Shown here: positions 15,609 through 20,000 of the stretch, piece by piece
Position numbering within the stretch: the first letter of the stretch is position 1
Layout: every line of letters starts with the position of its first letter
Origin: an uncultured virus (IMG/VR IMGVR_UViG_2541047319_000002)
Taxonomy: Duplodnaviria; Heunggongvirae; Uroviricota; Caudoviricetes
Direction: 5' to 3' (one strand)
IMG/VR virus record: IMGVR_UViG_2541047319_000002
DNA length: 20,000 nt
Made by a program: the position numbers and the translations under genes
Notes under the pieces: model-generated
What the model was told of the DNA's origin: nothing
Seen by the model: the letters and a program-made list of their open reading frames with translations, nothing else
Database searches by the model: none

Positions 15609-16424
15609 CTACTTGCCTATAAAATCTAACACTTTATGAAGTGTAGCCCATCTATCATCACCTTGTAACTTAGTGAATCTCTCGCTAGTTTTAATTTTAC
15701 TGGATGCTCCACCAATCACATATAGGTTTTCACAATGTCCAGGAACATAATTTTCCAAATCACACACAGAGACTTCATTAGTCTTATAATTCATGGCCAT
15801 TAATTGGGCTATAACTTTATCTACCTCACCCTCATAAACTATTGCATATTTCACTTTGTTATCTTGTGGTTTACCAGCTACAGACTTATTAAATATTCCT
15901 TCATAAATATCTATGGCCATATCTTTAGCATTATATTTTTTAGTATCAGATGTGTCTACAAAACAGCACTCAACTAAAATTGACTTTGCCTTCGTTCTTC
16001 TTAAAAATGCTAGAGTTTTCTTTTCTTTAACTCCACGATTTTTAAAATCTTTATCACCTTTTGCATGATAAGTTTCAGTTATTTTTTTACATATTCTTGA
16101 TGCTATTTCAACAGTTTCTTTGTCATTTAAATTATAAACTAAAACTTCTACTCCTCGACCACCACCACTGTTAAAATGGATACTTACATTTAAATCTGTG
16201 TTATATGAATTACATTTATCTATAATCTTATTCAATATATCACTCTGAGAAGTTCCATTGTTACATGTACAATCATAAACTTTACATTCCTTTTGAGATA
16301 AAGGTATTAACTCTTTTAGTACATTTCTTGCTTCTGTAGATTCTTTTATATTTCCTACTGCTCCAGAACCTACTTTACCATCTGGGTTGTGTCCTGCATG
16401 AACTGTCAGTGTTTTTATATTCAA
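15609..16424 (-). CDS. N-acetylmuramoyl-L-alanine amidase endolysin (Amidase_3, CD27L-like)
   Basis: HAGH, E, SIHFN and LVECCFVD zinc/catalytic motifs; CD27L-type C-terminal domain IVYEGEVDK...NLYVIGG...G.DRW.T; TTG at 16424 after AAGGAG preferred over 16433. Confidence 0.93.
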   Translation of the reverse strand: MNIKTLTVHAGHNPDGKVGSGAVGNIKESTEARNVLKELIPLSQKECKVYDCTCNNGTSQSDILNKIIDKCNSYNTDLNVSIHFNSGGGRGVEVLVYNLNDKETVEIASRICKKITETYHAKGDKDFKNRGVKEKKTLAFLRRTKAKSILVECCFVDTSDTKKYNAKDMAIDIYEGIFNKSVAGKPQDNKVKYAIVYEGEVDKVIAQLMAMNYKTNEVSVCDLENYVPGHCENLYVIGGASSKIKTSERFTKLQGDDRWATLHKVLDFIGK

Positions 16425-16538
16425 AATTACCACTCCTTTAAAACAATTAATATAAAAAGAGTCTATAAAATAAGGCTCTTATTTACTCAATTTCTAATTA
16501 AAATTATGATTTTAATCTGTTTTGTACATTAAAAAAGA

Positions 16539-16676
16539 CTATACTATGTAGTCCTCTCCTGTTATTTCTTTATATTCACTTGCTGTTATCTTATTCTTTT
16601 CTACTGCTGTTTTAACTTGCTCTTTAGTCCAATTACCATTATTATAGAAATCTGTTATTATCTTATACCAATTCAT
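16539..16676 (-). CDS. XkdX-family small phage protein, 45 aa; not in the ORF track
   Basis: MNWYKIITDFYNNGNWTKEQVKTAVEKNKITASEYKEITGEDYIV, with the IT.EY..ITG..Y signature. Confidence 0.88.
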   Translation of the reverse strand: MNWYKIITDFYNNGNWTKEQVKTAVEKNKITASEYKEITGEDYIV

Positions 16677-16677
16677 A

Positions 16678-16977
16678 CTATATCACCCCATTACTCATTA
16701 ATTGAAATGTTAAATCTGCTATTGTTTGTTCTGTAGAATTTACTTTATCTTCTATGCTACTTTTAATATCTGTATATCTATAGAAAACCTCTTTAGTATC
16801 TATATTTATAAATAACTTTGCTTCTTTATTTTCTACATATTGTTGTACTGGCAATTTCTCAATTAAAATTCCATTTTTTAACTCTTCTTCTGATAGTAAA
16901 GTTGGTTTATAGTGTATCATCCCAATATATTTTATATTTTGTTCATCTGTCTCCATAAAATTTCCTAAATAAATCAT
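16678..16977 (-). CDS. Tail-fibre-associated chaperone-like protein
   Basis: Lies between a tail fibre and XkdX; C-terminal EQ.IADL..QLM.NGVI. Confidence 0.65.
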   Translation of the reverse strand: MIYLGNFMETDEQNIKYIGMIHYKPTLLSEEELKNGILIEKLPVQQYVENKEAKLFINIDTKEVFYRYTDIKSSIEDKVNSTEQTIADLTFQLMSNGVI

Positions 16978-18206
16978 AATTCCTCTCCTTTTTCATCTGA
17001 ATAAACCTTTTTTGATAATATATTTCTGTGAATGCCACCACCAATAAAAAAAATTATATTGTTTATTATAAACATACCTTTTTGAGGATTTGTGTTAATG
17101 AGCGTTCGGTAGCTATTAACTTCTTTAAGAGTATTTAAATTTATTTTTATAAATGGGCTACTAGAAAGTGAATTAAATGTATATATATATCCATTATATA
17201 TTTCAAAATTTTCATATCTATCTGACCCACCATAAGTAATCAAATTTAGATTTGCATCATATTTTGCTAATCCACTTTTTTTACCACTCTCAACTTCTAT
17301 GCTTCTGCCACTATCAGATACAAAAACAAAATCATTTAAAAACTTAATGTTTTTTTCATATAAATATCCTCCAATTCTAAAATCCTTAGCAATAGTAAAA
17401 TCAAAATTTATTTTAGTTAGGTAACAATCTGTATAACCACTTGAATTAGCGTGTTCTGTTGTAGCATAAATAGCATTCTTATTGCAAACAAACTTACCTC
17501 TTTCAAAATCGTAAATACTATTGATTGACATATCTTTAGTTAACATTTTATACATATCCGATATTCTTATTTTGTGAAGTATTGAAGAAGTCTCATCTCC
17601 ATATATTCCATAAATAAATTCCCCATAAGTACATAGCTTATAATAAGAACCTTCTATTGACTGCACTTCAATTCCTGTTGTCTTATTTATTTTATATAAT
17701 TTAGTATTATCAGATATAAACAAATAATCTTGAGTAATGCAAATACATGAGAAATTATCATTAGACAAAGTAATATCAAAAGTTACAGATTCATCAATTG
17801 CATTAATTTTAATTAAATGTGTACCTTTAATTACATAAAAGAAAGGTTCTTCATATTCTAATGCTTTTAAATCTCCACTATATTTTTCAATATATTTTAT
17901 AGCACCATTCATAACTAAATATGATGAACTATTTGAAAGTATTGTTTCTCTTAAATCTAATCTTCCTTCCTTGTTGTTTACTTTATTCTTTATTTCCTCC
18001 CAAGTGTTATTTGTAGTAACCTCTGCACCCTTGGAGTTCAATGCTGTTACTACATTATTTTTAGCATTAACTCCACTTTGAAAAACCTCTTTTAATGCTC
18101 CCTCAACATTATCACTTGTAAAGTTATTCTCTGTATCTTCTATAGTTACATTTTTTGCTTCTAGTACAAGATTTCTAACTTTATTAACTAACTCTTTAAA
18201 AGTCAT
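16974..18206 (-). CDS. Tail fibre / receptor-binding-like protein 2
   Basis: N-terminal FTSDNVEGALKE.FQSG.NAK tail-fibre segment, then beta-rich repeats; RBS GAAGGTGA. Confidence 0.7.
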   Translation of the reverse strand: MTFKELVNKVRNLVLEAKNVTIEDTENNFTSDNVEGALKEVFQSGVNAKNNVVTALNSKGAEVTTNNTWEEIKNKVNNKEGRLDLRETILSNSSSYLVMNGAIKYIEKYSGDLKALEYEEPFFYVIKGTHLIKINAIDESVTFDITLSNDNFSCICITQDYLFISDNTKLYKINKTTGIEVQSIEGSYYKLCTYGEFIYGIYGDETSSILHKIRISDMYKMLTKDMSINSIYDFERGKFVCNKNAIYATTEHANSSGYTDCYLTKINFDFTIAKDFRIGGYLYEKNIKFLNDFVFVSDSGRSIEVESGKKSGLAKYDANLNLITYGGSDRYENFEIYNGYIYTFNSLSSSPFIKINLNTLKEVNSYRTLINTNPQKGMFIINNIIFFIGGGIHRNILSKKVYSDEKGEEL

Positions 18207-18240
18207 TTAATCACCTTCTTTCAATAAAAAAAAGAACCCT

Positions 18241-18423
18241 CTATATAGTTGTTTCTGCTCCTTCTACTACTCCGCTTTCTTTAATTATATAATCCTCTAC
18301 TGCCTTTCTATACTCTATGTTAGTCACGTCATCTAATTCAAATTCTCGATTTTTCAAAGGATTTAACCCTTTATTTAATATTCTCTCTGCTAATATTCTT
18401 ACTACAACATTATTTATATTCAT
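18241..18423 (-). CDS. CD1375-family small tail-associated protein
   Basis: VVVRILAERIL..GLNPLK.REF.LDDV...YRKAVEDY. Confidence 0.75.
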   Translation of the reverse strand: MNINNVVVRILAERILNKGLNPLKNREFELDDVTNIEYRKAVEDYIIKESGVVEGAETTI

Positions 18424-18716
18424 TATAATAATCCTCCTACTTTTTCATTTTCATTTAATAAAACTTGATTTTCTAATTCTTGTATTCTCTTTTTTTCTTC
18501 ACTTACATATACTGGTATTTCTTCCAAAATTGGTTGTTTTGTTTCTATATTTATGCCTATAATTCTATTTTTAATATAATCTATACTTCCATATGGAATA
18601 TCAATATAATCTAATTCAGTTATTTTATTGTGTGGTAACACATCCCCACAGGACTCACCTGTTTCAAAAATTATTTTGCCTGTTTGGTCATATATTACTC
18701 TGTTTGGAACATTCAT
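18423..18716 (-). CDS. Tail-fibre-associated chaperone-like protein
   Basis: NRVIYDQTG.I..ETGE..GD...RIQELENQ.LL; directly follows the tail fibre gene. Confidence 0.7.
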   Translation of the reverse strand: MNVPNRVIYDQTGKIIFETGESCGDVLPHNKITELDYIDIPYGSIDYIKNRIIGINIETKQPILEEIPVYVSEEKKRIQELENQVLLNENEKVGGLL

Positions 18717-18731
18717 ATTTTTTTCTCCTTC

Positions 18732-20000
18732 TTAAATAAATTTAATAGCATACCATTTATAAATATGTCTTTGAGTTGAGTCAAAGTTATAAGCTGGAAT
18801 TTGAACACCAGTATTATTAAAATAAACATCCCCTTCGGAATTATTATAGAGCCAACCATTAGCATGAAAATTTTCATCACTGTTTTTTCTAATAAAAGCT
18901 GTAACGCTTGAAAAATCAACACCTCTTTGTGTAGCGACACCACGACAAGCAAAAAGGAAAAGTTTATAATTATTTTTATATTCAGTATCATAGTAATCAA
19001 AATCAGCAAAGAAAATGTTAGGCTTAAAATCTAAATTACTAATTTTAACCCAAGTACCAGGTTTAAAAGTTCTGTCGGTTAGATATGGATAAGCAATTTT
19101 AGCACTATCCGCAAAAGAAGTGACTGTTCCACTAGCAACTTTATATTTAGAGTTTAATTGCGATATAGTATTATTAGCTTGTGTTAACTGATTCATCAAA
19201 TCCTGTAAACTAGCGTCTCCACTATCAAAAGACTGCTTTATTTTCTCTGATAACTCAACAAGTGTGTTATTCAAACTTGCTTCTATATTCTTTAATGCTA
19301 AAGTGTTTATAATACTTGTTTTCCCAACTTTAAATCCTGCATTAACCTCAACTAATTTTGTTGATATATCATTTAAATTTACATTTTCGGGCAGTGGCAT
19401 TATATTCTTACTTATACTTAAAACTTTTTCAGCAGTTGCATTATTGCTGTCTGTAACAACTATTTTAAGCGTGTGCAGTGCATTATCTTCTAATGTATAG
19501 TTAATTGTTTTCTCTGTTGTTAAATCTGTTGTTATAGTTTCTTTTAGCACATCATCTATAAAATATTCTATCTTAGTTAATAATGTAGGGTCTGTGTGGT
19601 CAGCTTTAAATGTTGCTTGTGTAGAATTATAAGATGATATATTTAAAAATGGTAATGATTGAAGTAAAGTTATTTGTGCGTAACCATAAGCACCAGCAGT
19701 ATTTCCACCCGGTGTCATAACAATATTATCAAAATAATATTCAGATGTTGGTGTGTAGCCAGTAGGCTTATAACTGTCTTTAGTCAATACATAACTACTT
19801 CCACCTCCACCTGCTCCTACACCATTCATGCCTGCACCACCAAACCAGCCACCTCCGCCGCCTTCGCCAGTTGAATCTTTAACAGAACACCCTTTTCCAA
19901 AACTTCCGTTTTCTGTATTTACACGACCAATACCACCTTGATATTGAGTACCACCGGGACGGTATCTGTCATTAGAACTATACCCAGTACCTCCTTCTAA
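18732..20000 (-). CDS. Glycine-rich tail fibre / receptor-binding protein 1 (5' end outside the window)
   Basis: Frame stays open from 20000 (LEGGTGYSS...GEGGGGGWFGGAG) into the 19829 track ORF; Gly-rich domain, Ig-like segment, coiled coil and C-terminal head. Confidence 0.85.
   Translation of the reverse strand, partial: LEGGTGYSSNDRYRPGGTQYQGGIGRVNTENGSFGKGCSVKDSTGEGGGGGWFGGAGMNGVGAGGGGSSYVLTKDSYKPTGYTPTSEYYFDNIVMTPGGNTAGAYGYAQITLLQSLPFLNISSYNSTQATFKADHTDPTLLTKIEYFIDDVLKETITTDLTTEKTINYTLEDNALHTLKIVVTDSNNATAEKVLSISKNIMPLPENVNLNDISTKLVEVNAGFKVGKTSIINTLALKNIEASLNNTLVELSEKIKQSFDSGDASLQDLMNQLTQANNTISQLNSKYKVASGTVTSFADSAKIAYPYLTDRTFKPGTWVKISNLDFKPNIFFADFDYYDTEYKNNYKLFLFACRGVATQRGVDFSSVTAFIRKNSDENFHANGWLYNNSEGDVYFNNTGVQIPAYNFDSTQRHIYKWYAIKFI

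Larger units (their letters stand above)
1..20000. mobile_element. Segment of a large temperate phage/prophage, probably of Clostridioides difficile
   Basis: Convergent DNA-metabolism (+) and tail/lysis (-) gene arms with integrase and accessory genes between them; CWB2, CD1375-like and CD27L-like proteins; very AT-rich. Confidence 0.9.

Noticed and set aside
15852..15875. Internal GTG start for the endolysin C-terminal domain, as in CD27L and CTP1L
   Set aside because: A GTG lies at the domain boundary (15854), but no Shine-Dalgarno sequence precedes it
568..19874. Short antisense or alternative-frame ORFs in the track (568-759, 966-1214, 1530-1973, 3821-4027, 4716-5045, 5483-5674, 7231-7419, 10847-11047, 12080-12316, 15119-15319, 18317-18562, 18713-19009, 19264-19500, 19674-19874)
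   Set aside because: They overlap well-supported genes and show no recognisable motifs; treated as shadow ORFs
16974..20000. Diversity-generating retroelement or shufflon acting on tail fibres
   Set aside because: No reverse transcriptase, template/variable repeat pair or inverted cassettes seen in this window

Overview
AT-rich phage or prophage DNA. The gene content (CWB2 cell-wall protein, CD1375-type and XkdX-type tail helpers, CD27L-like amidase, C. difficile-style type I toxin-antitoxin module) points to a large Clostridioides difficile temperate phage; similarity to the phiCD211 group is my inference and was not checked. Layout: (1) 1-5420, a + strand DNA-metabolism cluster (Cas4/AddB-like nuclease, two DNA methyltransferases, HExxH protein, guanylate kinase, RuvC, dUTPase). 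(2) About 5460-13300, an accessory block with a two-gene operon ending in an apparently catalytically altered ISL3 transposase, a tyrosine integrase, a type I toxin-antitoxin module missed by the ORF track, a BlaI-type regulator, a CWB2 surface protein and a two-gene CBASS-like system (4TM effector + SMODS/CD-NTase). (3) 13370-20000, the - strand end of the late region (two tail-fibre modules, two lysins, two holins, a second tyrosine recombinase and a 13-aa basic micro-ORF). Most notable: the phage-borne CBASS, the ISL3-derived operon, a Dam-type gene bracketed by a perfect 25-bp direct repeat, and a dUTPase with a large insertion. All protein calls come from motif recognition by eye, without database searches.
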